A stretch of DNA of 64,000 nt. Origin: Gammaproteobacteria bacterium. Lineage in GTDB: Bacteria; Pseudomonadota; Gammaproteobacteria; DRLM01. Numbering within the stretch: position 1 is the stretch's first letter; the number at the start of each line of letters is the position of its first letter. The position numbers were made by a program, and so were the translations under genes. The stretch is from the NCBI GenBank assembly GCA_023266095.1, contig JAHFRV010000009.1, positions 471 to 64,470 of the forward strand, given 5' to 3'. Positions 42,859 to 55,419 of the stretch are shown here, one piece after another. The notes below the pieces were generated by a model. The model had not been told where the DNA came from, did no database searches, and worked only from the letters and a program-made list of their open reading frames with translations.

Positions 42859-44925
42859 TTAACTTACCACTTTGACGCGTTGCTTACGCAACCTTGCACC
42901 TATTGCCAGCATACCCAGCAGCATAGCCCAAGGCTCCAAGGCGCCACCACCGCCACCCGAGGTACTCGTCGATTCTTTCACATCGGGGGAATCGACAGCT
43001 TGGCCTGCTTCGACTACAGCAGGCTTAATAACCTCCTCACTCATTGGATCTAGGCCGGGGTTAACAAGGCTACCCCCGGTGTCACCACCGATACCCAGCC
43101 CCGGGCTGGCGACTCCCGTGCTGACAAAGACACGTTGTGCCGAACAATCAACGGCATCTGTAGCAAAGGGACTCATGTTGTTCAGTTTGTTCGGTGTGGC
43201 GGGAGCAGCAACGGAACCTAGATACTCCACCGCGCCGATGTCGCGCACCTCAAGGGCTACCGCGTTATCGAGTTGATCCTTACTATTAGCCGGGCTGGCG
43301 CAGACATGTCCACCCATCCATTTAGAACTCAATTTGACGCTCTGGTCATTATTGCCGGCGTTGATGGCCGGGCTGTTCGAGTTCAAGACAAGATGGGCAC
43401 GTCCCGGCGCGCTAAAATCCGCGACGTAACTACCCACACCCGGATCTCCCGTCAAGTCGGTGAAGCTATCCGTTTCGAGGGTGACCAGCAAAGGTTCACC
43501 ACCATGGGGAACCTCACTAAGCTGGGAACCCTCGGGCAATTCCGTTGGTATCTTCTCGCAAAGCGTCGTATCACCGATGATGTTGTTACCCGCCGAGACG
43601 ATGTAGACAGGGTTGACATGAAAGTAGGGGTAACCGGCGCAGTCCTGGGGCATGCCGGGAGGCGCAGTATTGCCGGCAAGAATACTGTTCTTGAGCAGGA
43701 TAGTGCCTTTTTGAGTCAGGATGCCGCCGCCGCCATAAGTGCTTATCCCCTCTTTTCCAATACCATCGTCACCCGCATGATTACCGATGATAGTGCTATT
43801 AATTATGATAATGACACCCTCACCCCACAGCTCGTTACCCTTATCCTGGTTCTTACCGAACGGCAGGGCGTCTCTCTCAGGGGACGGGCTGTTTTCCGCG
43901 TAAGACCCAATAGCGCCGGCCCATTTGGTTGCTGTGTTCTTATAAAAAGTACTGTTGATGATAGTGAGCTTGCCGCGATTGTTCTCGACGGCACCGCCGC
44001 TGACCGATTTATTTTCGGTGAAGGTACTATTGGTGATAATCGCTTCGCCAGCTAGGTTCTCCACGGCGCCACCATCGCCATCTTGCGTTACACAGGCGGG
44101 GCGAAGGCAGGTGGTATTGCCTTTGAAGGTGCTGCGGTCAATGATCATGCGGCCAGCCACGTTAATGATGGCACCGCCCAAGGCGCCCCCTTTTTCGTCA
44201 TTTTGGGTTAGCGTGTTACCTTCGAAGGTACTGTTGTAAACTTCCAGCTCCGCCAAGAACACATTATTGGCGTCGGGATCGTTCGTGCTGTTCATGATGG
44301 CGCCGCCTTCATCACCCCCGGCATTGTCTTTAAAGGCGCTGTCTCGAATGATGGTTATACCCTCATTAAGGATGGCACCCCCTCTATTACCGTGTTTGAA
44401 GCCCCACCTAGCGTAGCCGTTCTTCAGAGTGAGCCCCTCAAGCTGTAACTTGCCGCTGGGCAGCACGTGGAAAAAACGAAAATGGTTGGAAGTCTTATCG
44501 CCTCTCGGACCGTCACGGTTGATCTCAACCTTACCGGCTTCTCCCTTGATGGTAATATCGGAAGTTATGAGGGGGAGGCCATTGGGGCCATAGGGATATT
44601 CTTTCCAGCGCCTTATCGATCCATCAGGATCCGTAACTGTAATTATATCGTAGTATTCTGATTTAACCTTGGTCAGCGAGTAGACGCCCGCTTCGAGATT
44701 GATGATATCCGGCTCGGCAGTGGCATTGGCGTCCTTGATCGCTTGAATCAACGCCTCTGTATTGCCAGCCTTGACCGTATACTCCGCTGCCGATGCAGTT
44801 TGCTGTGGCGCGAAGATCAAGCCGGCTACACCAAGGAAGGGTAGAAAAACAAGCAACAGACGAGATAAATCACTGTGCTTGGAACTCATATCTCTTTTAA
44901 TTTTCATTGTTATGGTGCCACTCAT
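42859..44925 (-). CDS. Large secreted right-handed beta-helix protein with Pmp-type (GGA[ILV] / FxxN) repeats and a C-terminal PEP-CTERM/GlyGly-CTERM-like sorting tail
   Basis: Signal peptide (LSRLLLVFLPFLGVAGLIFAPQQTASA). Repeated GGAILNEG, GGAIMNST, GGALGGAIIN, GGAVENLAG plus NSTFEGN, STFKGN, NSTFTEN, NSTFYKN, NSTIIGN motifs, as in polymorphic-outer-membrane-protein beta-helix repeats. The extreme C-terminus is STSTSGGGGGALEPWAMLLGMLAIGARLRKQRVKVVS (Gly run, L-E-P, hydrophobic helix, basic cluster). Confidence 0.7.
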   Translation of the reverse strand: MSGTITMKIKRDMSSKHSDLSRLLLVFLPFLGVAGLIFAPQQTASAAEYTVKAGNTEALIQAIKDANATAEPDIINLEAGVYSLTKVKSEYYDIITVTDPDGSIRRWKEYPYGPNGLPLITSDITIKGEAGKVEINRDGPRGDKTSNHFRFFHVLPSGKLQLEGLTLKNGYARWGFKHGNRGGAILNEGITIIRDSAFKDNAGGDEGGAIMNSTNDPDANNVFLAELEVYNSTFEGNTLTQNDEKGGALGGAIINVAGRMIIDRSTFKGNTTCLRPACVTQDGDGGAVENLAGEAIITNSTFTENKSVSGGAVENNRGKLTIINSTFYKNTATKWAGAIGSYAENSPSPERDALPFGKNQDKGNELWGEGVIIIINSTIIGNHAGDDGIGKEGISTYGGGGILTQKGTILLKNSILAGNTAPPGMPQDCAGYPYFHVNPVYIVSAGNNIIGDTTLCEKIPTELPEGSQLSEVPHGGEPLLVTLETDSFTDLTGDPGVGSYVADFSAPGRAHLVLNSNSPAINAGNNDQSVKLSSKWMGGHVCASPANSKDQLDNAVALEVRDIGAVEYLGSVAAPATPNKLNNMSPFATDAVDCSAQRVFVSTGVASPGLGIGGDTGGSLVNPGLDPMSEEVIKPAVVEAGQAVDSPDVKESTSTSGGGGGALEPWAMLLGMLAIGARLRKQRVKVVS

Positions 44926-45804
44926 GGTGCCTCCACGGATCGTTCGTCATTATAAAAACGTTTTGATCACCTTTACTTATCGCATTTTCTAATCTTAAAA
45001 GCTAACTGGAGGAAGAACAGTACCGAGCAAGCCTCGCGGATGCGTAAAGCGGGATGCGTAAAAAAGATGATGCCATGCGAAAAATCATTATTGGCAGACA
45101 GGGACTGATCCCGATGTTCCGCCGCAGTGAAGCCGGATTTATGGCCTTTAACCGTGATTCCATGGCAAAAAGAGCGGGGATAGCCGCAACAGCCGCACAA
45201 GCCGAAGCCAATGGGATAAACGCCACGGACGCTGACATTAACTGCATCATTTTTCCCCCAACTCTTATAATTATCATTCATTGCGCTTGAGGCTGAGACG
45301 CGCATATAACCTGCATTAAACTGATTTGGAGTGCGCCTGTCAAGCTGTAGTGCTATCCCGGTAGCCCAACCCCGCTCCATCCGATTGATTACTTAAGCAC
45401 ACTCTGATCAGTTGCGCAGTTATGCGATACTGGCTGCGATCATTGTGACTGCACAAGCTATCTGGCGAAGAACTTTCAGCAACACTTAGTGAAATACACC
45501 ACACCGATCCACGCCAGGTCAATACGCCTTTGGCGGCACGGGGTTAAGGCCCTCGCGGGACACGAGTGTGACTCACCGTGATCATCGCGGAACTTGCACT
45601 GGCGATATCCTGCTGGTCCAGCGGCGATCTTGCAGTTGGCGCAAGTCTGCAAGGGTGGAAAGGCCGCGAGGCTGATGACATGAAGTGGGTAAATAGGCAG
45701 TAATCTAGACTGTAATTGATCAACTTCGCAATATCCTCCCGGATTTCAGGCCTATTTGCATCCAGGCGACATAGGGCGCGCGTAGATCAGAGGTTCCTTA
45801 ATAC

Positions 45805-48800
45805 ATGGCTTTACACGATTTTCACCCCGCCGTCGCCGCCTGGTTCACCCGGCACTTCGCGCAGCCCACCGAGGCTCAGGCCCAGGCTTGGCCCGCGATA
45901 CGCCGTCACCAACACACCTTGATTGCGGCGCCGACCGGATCTGGCAAGACACTGGCGGCCTTTCTCGCCGCGATCGACGAACTGGTGCGCGAAGGCCTTG
46001 TCACGTCCTTGCCCGATGAAACGCGTGTGTTGTACATTTCGCCGCTCAAAGCCCTCTCCAACGACATTCAGAAAAATCTCGCGCAGCCGCTGGCTGGCAT
46101 CCGCGACGAGCTGTTGATGCACCACGGCGCGGATGTCGACATCCGCGCCGTGGTGCGCACCGGCGATACACCGGCGGGCGATCGGGTGCGTATGCGCCGC
46201 CTAGCGCCGCACATCCTGGTAACCACGCCGGAGTCGCTATTCATTCTGCTGAGCTCGGACTCGGGCCGGCACATGCTGAAAACCGCGCGCAGTGTGATCG
46301 TCGATGAAATCCACGCGCTGGCCGGCAACAAACGCGGCGCGCATCTGAGCCTGTCGTTGGAACGCCTCGCCGCACTGTGTCAGGAACATCGAGGCCACCG
46401 GCCGACCCGCATCGGCCTGTCGGCGACACAAAAACCGATCAAAGACATGGCGCGGTTTCTGGTCGGTGCGGCCGGCGGCGAATGCACCATCATCGACACC
46501 GGCCACGTGCGTGCCCGCGATCTCGCCATCGAAGTGCCCGGCTCGCCGCTGCAAGCGGTGATGGGGACCGAAGTATGGGATGAAATCTACGACCGCCTCG
46601 AACAACTGGTCGCCGAACACCGCACGACCTTGATCTTCGTCAATACCCGCCGCCTCGCCGAACGCGTCGCGCGTCATCTCGCCGAACGCATCGGTGAGCA
46701 ATCGGTCACGGCCCACCACGGCAGCCTGTCTCGCGAACACCGCCTCGACGCCGAACAGCGTCTCAAGGGCGGCCGCCTGCGCGCGCTGGTCGCCACCGCC
46801 TCACTGGAATTGGGCATCGACATCGGCGAGGTCGATCTGGTCTGTCAACTCGGTTCGCCGCGGGCGATCTCGATCTTCCTGCAACGCGTCGGCCGCGCCG
46901 GTCACGCCGTGCATGCCACACCCAAAGGCCGTTTGTTTCCGCTGTCGCACGACGAACTGGTCGAGTGCACGGCGCTGCTCGACGCGGTGCGACGCGGCGA
47001 ACTCGATCGCATCCACATTCCCGACCATCCGCTCGATGTACTCGCGCAGCAGATCGTCGCCGAGGTGGCCAGTCGGGAATGGGACGAGCAAGCGCTGTTT
47101 GAGATTTTCCGCCGCGCCTGGCCTTACCGCGAACTCGCGCGCGATGATTACATCGCGGTGGTGCGCATGCTCGCCGACGGCTACACCACGCGCCGCGGTC
47201 GGCGCGGTGCTTATCTGCACCGCGACGCGGTCAACGGCCGCTTGCGCGCGCGGCGCGGCGCACGCCTGACCGTAATCACCAACGGCGGCGCCATTCCCGA
47301 TTTGTTCGATTACGACGTGATTCTGCAACCCGAGGGCTTATTCATCGGCAGCCTCAATGAAGACTTCGCTTTCGAGAGTCTGCCCGGCGACATCTTTCAA
47401 CTCGGCAACAATTCTTACCGCGTACTCAAAGTCGAGCAAGGTAAAGTTTACGCCGCCGACGCCCACGGTCAGCCGCCGACCATGCCGTTCTGGCTCGGCG
47501 AAGCGCCGGGTCGCAGCGACGAATTATCGCTGGCGGTGTCACGGCTGCGCGAACTCATCGCCGCCCGTTTGCAGGAAGGTACGGAGGCGGCGCTCGTCTG
47601 GTTGCGCGATATCCTGCACCTGCCACCCGCCGCCGCGCAGCAAATCGTCGATTATCTCGCCGCCGCGCAGGCGGCGCTCGGTGTGCTGCCTACGCAACAC
47701 ACCGTGGTGTTCGAGCGTTTCTTCGACGAGACCGGCGACATGCACTTCGTCATCCACGCGCCGTTTGGTTCGCGCATCAACCGCGCCTGGGGTCTCGCGC
47801 TGCGCAAACGTTTCTGCCGCAAGTTCAACTTTGAATTGCAGGCCGCGGCGATGGAAGACAGTATCGTATTATCGCTCGGGCCGACGCACAGCTTTCCGCT
47901 CGCGGAGGTGGCCAGTTATCTGAAATCGTCGAACGTGCGCGAGGTGTTGATCCAGGCTCTGCTCGACGCGCCGCTGTTCGAGACCCGCTGGCGCTGGAAC
48001 AGCAATATATCGCTGGCGGTGCCGCGCAATCGCAACGGCAAACGCATCCCCGCGCAGTGGCAACGTTCGGGCGCGCAGGATCTGGTCGCGGTGATTTTCC
48101 CTGATCAGCTCGCCTGTCTCGAAAATATCGCGGGTGATCGCGAGGTGCCCGACCACCCTCTCGTCAAACAAACCATTCACGATTGTTTGTACGAGGCGAT
48201 GGACATCGAAGGCCTCGAACACCTGTTGCGGCAGATCGAAGCGGGTGAAATCCATATCGCGCCACGCGACCTCGCCGCGCCGTCGCCGTTATCGCAGGCC
48301 ATCCTCAGCGCGCGACCCTACGCTTTTCTCGACGACGCGCCCGCCGAAGAACGGCGCACCCTCGCCGTGCAGCAACGCCGCTATCTCGACCCGCAGAGCG
48401 CGGCGGAACTGGGCCGTTTGAATCCCGAAGCCATCGCCCAAGTGCGCAGCGAGGCCTGGCCCGAGGCGCGCGACGCCGATGAATTACACGACGCGCTCAA
48501 CTTGTTCGGCTTTATCACCGAGACCGAAGGCCGGCGCGACAACCCCTATTGGCCGTCGTTATTGCAGCAACTCATCGAGCGGCGCCGCGCCACACTACTC
48601 CGCACACCGCACGGTGAAAATATCTGGGTGGCGACGGAACGGCTCGCCGAGCTGCTCCGCTTATTTCCCGCTGCGCCGCTCACGCCGCCGATTGCCCCGG
48701 TGATCGAACCCGCCGATAAAACCTGGACCGAAGCAGCTGCCTTGCGTGAAATCATGCGCAGCCGTCTCGAAGGCTTGGGGCCGGCAACAGCGACCCAGCT

Positions 48801-50136
48801 CGCCGCGCCACTGGGACTAGCGCTTGCGCAGATTCATTTCGCCGTCGCCGCGCTCGAACAGGAAGGCTACGTATTGCAAGGCAGTTTCACCGGCACCACT
48901 CAAGAAATCGAATGGTGCGAACGCGGACTGCTGGCGCGCATCCATCGCTACACCGTGCAGCAATTGCGCCGCGAGGTCGAGCCGGTGAGCCCCGCCGACT
49001 TCCTGCGTTTTCTGCTGCGCTGGCAACACCTCGGCGAGGCGCGCGGCGAAGGCAACGAGGCGCTGGCGGCGGTGCTGCTGCAATTGGAGGGTTACCCCAT
49101 CCCCGCCGCCGCCTGGGAAGCGGAAATCCTGCCCGCGCGCATCGAGATGTATCTCACCTATATGCTCGACGCTTTGTGCGGCGCGGGACGTTTTACCTGG
49201 CTGCGTTTGCAGCCGCCCAAAGACAAAGGCGTCGACACCCGCAAGGCCGCACCGGTGCGCATGACGCCCATCGCCTTATTGCCGCGTCAACACATCAGCT
49301 ATTGGCGTGACGTGGAAACCGATGCGGAACCGGCCGCGCTCTCGGCCACCGCGCAAAAAGTCGCCGACAGCTTGCAACAACACGGCGCTTCGTTTTTTAT
49401 CGATCTGGTACAGCACACCGGCTTGTTGCGCACCCAAGTGGAAGAGGCCCTCGGCGAACTGGCGGCCCGCGGCCGGGTCAGCGCCGACAGCTTCGCCGGG
49501 CTGCGTGCTTTAATCACTCCCGCGCAACGGCGCGCCGGCTTCGGCCGTCATGGCCGCCGCCGCGGCGCGGTCAGCGTCGATGAAGCCGGCCGCTGGGAAT
49601 TAGTGCGCCGCCCCGCGTCCGCGCCGGACAGCTCGCCGCGGCAACAAGCAGACCAACGCGTGGCGCACATCGCCCGCAGCTTGCTGCGCCGCTACGGCGT
49701 GGTGTTCCGCAAACTGCTGGAACGCGAGAGCAAACTGCCGAGCTGGCGCGAGTTGTTATACGTCTACCGCCGCATGGAGGCACGCGGTGAACTGCGCGGC
49801 GGCCGCTTCGTGCAAGGTTTTTCCGGCGAACAATTCGCCTTGCCCGAGGCGGTGGGCAGCCTGCGCGAGATCCGCAAACAGGCCGCGCGCGGCGAACTCA
49901 TCGCCATCAGCGCCGCCGACCCGCTCAACCTGGTGGGCATCCTCACCCCGGGCCGGCGCGTCCCCGCCCTCGCCGGCAATCGCATCCTGTTCCGCGACGG
50001 CGTACCGGTGGCGGCGCTCATCGCGGGTGAATTCGAGGCGTTGCAAGCATCGAGCGGCGAAGAGCTCGGACAGATGCGCGCACGTTTACTCGGCAAATCT
50101 TCCAACACAAAATCGGCGGCAAGAATCGCGCTGTGA
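45805..50136 (+). CDS. lhr: Lhr-like ATP-dependent DEAD/DEAH-box helicase (large helicase-related protein)
   Basis: 1443 aa. N-terminal helicase core ([24 protein letters not shown] box [25 protein letters not shown], motif [10 protein letters not shown]) followed by the long Lhr-specific C-terminal extension. Confidence 0.88.
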   Translation: MALHDFHPAVAAWFTRHFAQPTEAQAQAWPAIRRHQHTLIAAPTGSGKTLAAFLAAIDELVREGLVTSLPDETRVLYISPLKALSNDIQKNLAQPLAGIRDELLMHHGADVDIRAVVRTGDTPAGDRVRMRRLAPHILVTTPESLFILLSSDSGRHMLKTARSVIVDEIHALAGNKRGAHLSLSLERLAALCQEHRGHRPTRIGLSATQKPIKDMARFLVGAAGGECTIIDTGHVRARDLAIEVPGSPLQAVMGTEVWDEIYDRLEQLVAEHRTTLIFVNTRRLAERVARHLAERIGEQSVTAHHGSLSREHRLDAEQRLKGGRLRALVATASLELGIDIGEVDLVCQLGSPRAISIFLQRVGRAGHAVHATPKGRLFPLSHDELVECTALLDAVRRGELDRIHIPDHPLDVLAQQIVAEVASREWDEQALFEIFRRAWPYRELARDDYIAVVRMLADGYTTRRGRRGAYLHRDAVNGRLRARRGARLTVITNGGAIPDLFDYDVILQPEGLFIGSLNEDFAFESLPGDIFQLGNNSYRVLKVEQGKVYAADAHGQPPTMPFWLGEAPGRSDELSLAVSRLRELIAARLQEGTEAALVWLRDILHLPPAAAQQIVDYLAAAQAALGVLPTQHTVVFERFFDETGDMHFVIHAPFGSRINRAWGLALRKRFCRKFNFELQAAAMEDSIVLSLGPTHSFPLAEVASYLKSSNVREVLIQALLDAPLFETRWRWNSNISLAVPRNRNGKRIPAQWQRSGAQDLVAVIFPDQLACLENIAGDREVPDHPLVKQTIHDCLYEAMDIEGLEHLLRQIEAGEIHIAPRDLAAPSPLSQAILSARPYAFLDDAPAEERRTLAVQQRRYLDPQSAAELGRLNPEAIAQVRSEAWPEARDADELHDALNLFGFITETEGRRDNPYWPSLLQQLIERRRATLLRTPHGENIWVATERLAELLRLFPAAPLTPPIAPVIEPADKTWTEAAALREIMRSRLEGLGPATATQLAAPLGLALAQIHFAVAALEQEGYVLQGSFTGTTQEIEWCERGLLARIHRYTVQQLRREVEPVSPADFLRFLLRWQHLGEARGEGNEALAAVLLQLEGYPIPAAAWEAEILPARIEMYLTYMLDALCGAGRFTWLRLQPPKDKGVDTRKAAPVRMTPIALLPRQHISYWRDVETDAEPAALSATAQKVADSLQQHGASFFIDLVQHTGLLRTQVEEALGELAARGRVSADSFAGLRALITPAQRRAGFGRHGRRRGAVSVDEAGRWELVRRPASAPDSSPRQQADQRVAHIARSLLRRYGVVFRKLLERESKLPSWRELLYVYRRMEARGELRGGRFVQGFSGEQFALPEAVGSLREIRKQAARGELIAISAADPLNLVGILTPGRRVPALAGNRILFRDGVPVAALIAGEFEALQASSGEELGQMRARLLGKSSNTKSAARIAL

Positions 50137-50589
50137 TGCCGGACAAAGCGCTCGCCGTTTGACTGTATAAAGGATTGCGATGGTTATGCGGTAGACCATC
50201 ATTCCACTAAGCGAAAAGCCGTTGTGTACGTACAGTGCGGTAGCGCGGAAACCTAACGGGCGTTCCGCCGCATGGCTTTTAGTGAGCAAGCCGAAAAAAA
50301 TTTTGACGAAGTGAGCGAGCGGCCCCCCTTAGAAACCAAGGGATAGCCTCCGGTACTCCACAAGATTGGATCGTCATGCGCTGCTCTATATCGTGAACAG
50401 GGCAGGCCAGTGACAAGTGCAGATGCTATTTGGCGATAGCGATATACAAATGACACGGCATTATGTTGTCTTCGGCGAACGGTTTACGGCAGCTTTGAAC
50501 TGAGATTGTGAGAAACACGACCCCACACAAAATTTCCGCTACGGCCTGTGCTACTTTTGTGTTACCGGCTTACACAATGTCTTTAGATA

Positions 50590-50667
<78 letters not shown>

Positions 50668-50775
50668 ATTTTGTAAAGATAAACTTTTTGAAATCCCGCG
50701 TAGACCGACGACGCGAGCGCGATATCATACTCGAGACAGGTGCGGGTTGAAAGAAAAATAAGCCGGTTATTTACC

Positions 50776-51132
50776 TTAGCTTTTTAGAATGACAAGTAAG
50801 TCTTCCAACTCGCTGCGCAACTGGCGGATCACCTCTTTGCCTTGACCGACGGGGGTCTTGAGCTTGGTGCCCGCCATGCGCTGCCGGGCACCGCCGATAG
50901 TGAAGCCTTGTTCATAAAGTAGGCTGCGGATTTCACGCACCATCACTACGTCGTGATGTTGATAATAACGCCGGTTACCTCGCCGCTTGACCGGCTTGAG
51001 TTGCGGAAACTCCTGCTCCCAATAACGCAAGACATGCGGTTTCACCGCACACAAGTCACTTACTTCGCCGATGGTGAAGTAGCGTTTGCCCGGTATCGGG
51101 GGCAGTACGTTATTATTCGCTGCTTCCAGCAT
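50776..51132 (-). CDS. MerR-family transcriptional regulator (ihfA-linked type)
   Basis: N-terminal [28 protein letters not shown] (MerR signature). 118 aa. Overlaps the ihfA 3' end by 20 nt; the same pheT-ihfA-merR-like arrangement is seen in other gammaproteobacteria such as pseudomonads. Confidence 0.8.
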   Translation of the reverse strand: MLEAANNNVLPPIPGKRYFTIGEVSDLCAVKPHVLRYWEQEFPQLKPVKRRGNRRYYQHHDVVMVREIRSLLYEQGFTIGGARQRMAGTKLKTPVGQGKEVIRQLRSELEDLLVILKS

Positions 51133-51412
51133 AGGCCTCTACCCGTGCTTTTAATTTTTGGCCGGGATGAAACGTCACTACCCGCCGCGCCGTAATGGGA
51201 ATTTCTTCACCCGTCTTGGGATTGCGCCCTGGACGTTGCTTTTTATCCCGGAGATTGAAATTGCCGAAACCAGAAAGTTTGACCTGGTCTCCCGCCTCTA
51301 AAGCATGACGGATTTCTTCGAAGAAGGCTTCGACAAAATCTTTTGCCTCACGTTTATTTAACCCCAACTCTTCAAATAACTTCTCTGCCATGTCGGCCTT
51401 GGTCAGCGCCAT
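51113..51412 (-). CDS. ihfA: Integration host factor subunit alpha
   Basis: [88 protein letters not shown]. Confidence 0.95.
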   Translation of the reverse strand: MALTKADMAEKLFEELGLNKREAKDFVEAFFEEIRHALEAGDQVKLSGFGNFNLRDKKQRPGRNPKTGEEIPITARRVVTFHPGQKLKARVEAYAGSSE

Positions 51413-51415
51413 AGC

Positions 51416-53800
51416 TTACTCTCTCAAAGTGGCCCCAAACTGTTCACCCAAACGGGTCAACACCCTCTTCACCACGAAGTCTACGTCCTCGTCCGTTAGA
51501 GTGCGTGAAGAATGTTGCAACGTCAAGCCCACGGCTAAGCTTTTTTTCTCCGAATCAATGCCTTTGCCACGATAGACATCAAACAACTGCAACTCCTGCA
51601 GCAAGCCCCCCGCCGCCGCCATGATACAGGCCTTCACCGCCCCGCTGCTGATGGCTTCATTTACCACCACCGCCAAATCCCGGCGTATCGCGGGAAACTT
51701 GGAGGTTTCCCGGAAGCGGGGGATCACCGCCTCGCCTAGAGGCGCGAATTCCAGCTCGAACAGCACTGGCGCGGCACTGATGTCTAAGGCCTGGGTCACC
51801 GCGGGATGCATGAGCCCGAGTAGTCCCACTCGCCGCCCCGCGGTATCCTGAATGACGGCGGATTGGCCCGGGTGCAAGGCGGGATGATTGCCTTGCTCAT
51901 AACTGAAGGCATCGTCTCCCTTACCGGTCAATCCTAACAACGCGGTCACATCGGCCTTGACGTCGAAAAAATCCACCCGGCGTTTCGTCACGGCCCATTG
52001 CTCGGGCTCGACGGTCCCGGCGGCGAGACCAGCCACCACCATATCTTCACGCCACTGGCTGCCCTCGCGCCGGTAACGGGTACCCACCTCGAATAAACGC
52101 ACCCTCGCTTGCTGGCGGTTTTGATTATAGATCAGCGCCTGCACCAAGCCAGGCCACAAGGAGGTGCGCATCACCGCCAGCTCGGCGGAGATCGGATTGG
52201 CGAGACTCAGCACGGCTTGTTCCGGGTCGAGTATCTGTTGCATACGCGGATCGACGAAACTATACGTGACCGCCTCCTGATAACCGCGGTCGATCAGCAG
52301 TTGCCGCATGCGCTCCACCGCCACCCGGCCTTCGGCTTGCGGTTGAATCGCCAGCCGCGCGGCGGGCCGGTGACTCGGCACCTTACTGTAACCGTAGATG
52401 CGCGCGACCTCTTCGATGACATCCGCCTCGATGCGGATATCGAAACGAAAACTGGGCGGCACGATTTCCCATCCCGTTGGCGTAGCCATCACCGTCATGC
52501 CGAGACGGCCGAGGATGTCAGTCACCTCCTGCGCCGCCACCTCGATGCCGAGTAAACGGCGCAGACGTTCCGCGCGCAGAGTGACCGGCTGACTGGCGGG
52601 CAAATCGGCGGGACTGTCGCACTCGATGATCGGTCCAGCGGCACCGCCAGCGATCATAAGCAATAACGCTGTCGCCCGTTCCATGGCCCGCCGCGGCAAT
52701 TGCGGATCCACGCCGCGCTCGAAGCGATGAGAGGAATCGGTGTGCAGACCATAGCGACGCGCGCGCCCGACGATGGCCGCCGGTGCGAAATGCGCACTTT
52801 CCAAAAACAGGTCCACGGTTTCAGCCGCCACCGCCGTGCTTTCGCCCCCCATGATGCCGGCCATGGCGACGGGGCCGCTCTCGTCGGCGATTATCAAGGT
52901 GTCATCAGCCAATTCCACTTGCTGGCCATCCAGCAAACGCAGCTTTTCACCCGACTTGGCCATCCGCACAATGACCCGCTGATTGAGCCGACCCAGGTCG
53001 AAGGCGTGCATGGGTTGACCCAGTTCCAGCAGCACATAATTGGTGACATCCACCAGCGCGCTGATGCTGCGCACACCGCTGCGGCGCAAGCGTTCCTGCA
53101 TCCAAAACGGTGTCGTTGCGCGAGGATTGACGCCTTTGATTACCCGTCCCAAGTAACGGGGGCAGGCTGCGGCCATCTCAACATGCACGGGGAATTCCGC
53201 GGCAATGCCAGACGCCACGGGGACGATCTCCGGTCCGCGCAACGCGGCCTTGTTGATCACCGCCGCTTCCCGCGCGACGCCCGCCACGCTCAAGCAATCG
53301 CCGCGATTGGGCGTCAAACCCAGTTCGATGCTGACATCATCCAATCCCAGCGCTACGCGCAGATCGGTGCCTGGTGTCAACTCAGCGGGCAGTATCAGCA
53401 AACCGTCGGCATTCTCCGCCAAGCCTAATTCCTTGGCCGAACACAACATGCCTTCCGACACCACGCCGCGCAGTTTGGATTTTTCAATACGCATTCCGCC
53501 GGGCAACTGCGCGCCCACCGTCGCCACCGGCACCTTCAAATCCGCCGCCACATTGGTGGCGCCGCAGACGATCTCCAGCGGCCGATCGCCGCCGGCATTC
53601 ACGCGGCAAAATCGCAAACGCTCGGCGTTGGGATGCGGTTCCACACTGAGCACTTCGCCCACCACCACACCGCTAAAGGGTGGCGCCACCGCCGCCACGG
53701 CGTCCACTTCCAAACCCGCCATGGTCAATTGGTGCGACAGCTCCGCCGTCGTCACGGCGGGGTTCACCCATTCACGCAGCCATTGTTCACTGAATTTCAT
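51416..53800 (-). CDS. pheT: Phenylalanine--tRNA ligase beta subunit
   Basis: MKFSEQWLREWVNPAVTTAELSHQLTMAGLEVD is the canonical PheT N-terminus. ~795 aa with B3/4, B5 and FDX-ACB domains. The start is internal to ORF 51416..53863. Confidence 0.95.
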   Translation of the reverse strand: MKFSEQWLREWVNPAVTTAELSHQLTMAGLEVDAVAAVAPPFSGVVVGEVLSVEPHPNAERLRFCRVNAGGDRPLEIVCGATNVAADLKVPVATVGAQLPGGMRIEKSKLRGVVSEGMLCSAKELGLAENADGLLILPAELTPGTDLRVALGLDDVSIELGLTPNRGDCLSVAGVAREAAVINKAALRGPEIVPVASGIAAEFPVHVEMAAACPRYLGRVIKGVNPRATTPFWMQERLRRSGVRSISALVDVTNYVLLELGQPMHAFDLGRLNQRVIVRMAKSGEKLRLLDGQQVELADDTLIIADESGPVAMAGIMGGESTAVAAETVDLFLESAHFAPAAIVGRARRYGLHTDSSHRFERGVDPQLPRRAMERATALLLMIAGGAAGPIIECDSPADLPASQPVTLRAERLRRLLGIEVAAQEVTDILGRLGMTVMATPTGWEIVPPSFRFDIRIEADVIEEVARIYGYSKVPSHRPAARLAIQPQAEGRVAVERMRQLLIDRGYQEAVTYSFVDPRMQQILDPEQAVLSLANPISAELAVMRTSLWPGLVQALIYNQNRQQARVRLFEVGTRYRREGSQWREDMVVAGLAAGTVEPEQWAVTKRRVDFFDVKADVTALLGLTGKGDDAFSYEQGNHPALHPGQSAVIQDTAGRRVGLLGLMHPAVTQALDISAAPVLFELEFAPLGEAVIPRFRETSKFPAIRRDLAVVVNEAISSGAVKACIMAAAGGLLQELQLFDVYRGKGIDSEKKSLAVGLTLQHSSRTLTDEDVDFVVKRVLTRLGEQFGATLRE

Positions 53801-53812
53801 CAACCAAGCCCT

Positions 53813-53885
53813 GAGTAGCAAGTGACAAGTAGCAAGAAGTATAAAGAAGAACAGCGTGAGCAAAATTGCTTGCTACTTGCTACTC
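53813..53885 (-). promoter_or_regulatory. Long imperfect stem-loop in the pheS-pheT spacer
   Basis: Left arm gagtagcaagtgacaagtagcaag (53813-36) and right arm gcttgctacttgctactc (53868-85) are reverse complements built from an agtagcaag repeat. The element sits between the pheS stop (53903) and pheT start (53800). Confidence 0.4.
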
Positions 53886-53902
53886 GAATCTTGCTACTTT
53901 TG

Positions 53903-54988
<1,086 letters not shown>

Positions 54989-55041
54989 CTATCGACGCGA
55001 CCGCTGTGGCGGCCGCGCATCAACGGCGCGACAACCTGCCG

Positions 55042-55401
55042 TCAGGCGGAAAGACCGGCCTTGGCTTTTTCCGCCAAGGCGCCGAATGCCGCCCGGTCGA
55101 ACACCGCCAGATCGGCCAACACCTTGCGATCAACCTCAATGGCGGCCTTCTTCAAACCGTTCATCAACCGGCTATAGGACAGACCGAAACCCCGGGCCGC
55201 GGCATTGATACGCACGATCCACAGACTACGGAACTCACGCTTACGCACCCGACGGTCGCGATAGGCGTACTGACCGGCCTTGGTCACCGCCTGGGTGGCG
55301 ACCCGGAATACATTTTTACGACGACCGTAATAACCCTTGGCTTGGGCCATTACTTTCTTGTGACGGGCGCGTGCCGTTACACCACGTTTTACTCTTGCCA
55401 T
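55042..55401 (-). CDS. rplT: 50S ribosomal protein L20
   Basis: [51 protein letters not shown]... Confidence 0.96.
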   Translation of the reverse strand: MARVKRGVTARARHKKVMAQAKGYYGRRKNVFRVATQAVTKAGQYAYRDRRVRKREFRSLWIVRINAAARGFGLSYSRLMNGLKKAAIEVDRKVLADLAVFDRAAFGALAEKAKAGLSA

Positions 55402-55419
55402 GGTTACACTCCTCTTTGT

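Noticed and set aside
45002-45380. Three overlapping small ORFs (45054..45290 +, 45002..45277 -, 44973..45380 -) as real genes.
   Set aside because: They mutually overlap, have low third-position GC unlike neighbouring genes, and have weak or no Shine-Dalgarno sequences. They are treated as non-coding, with the region reported as a finding instead.
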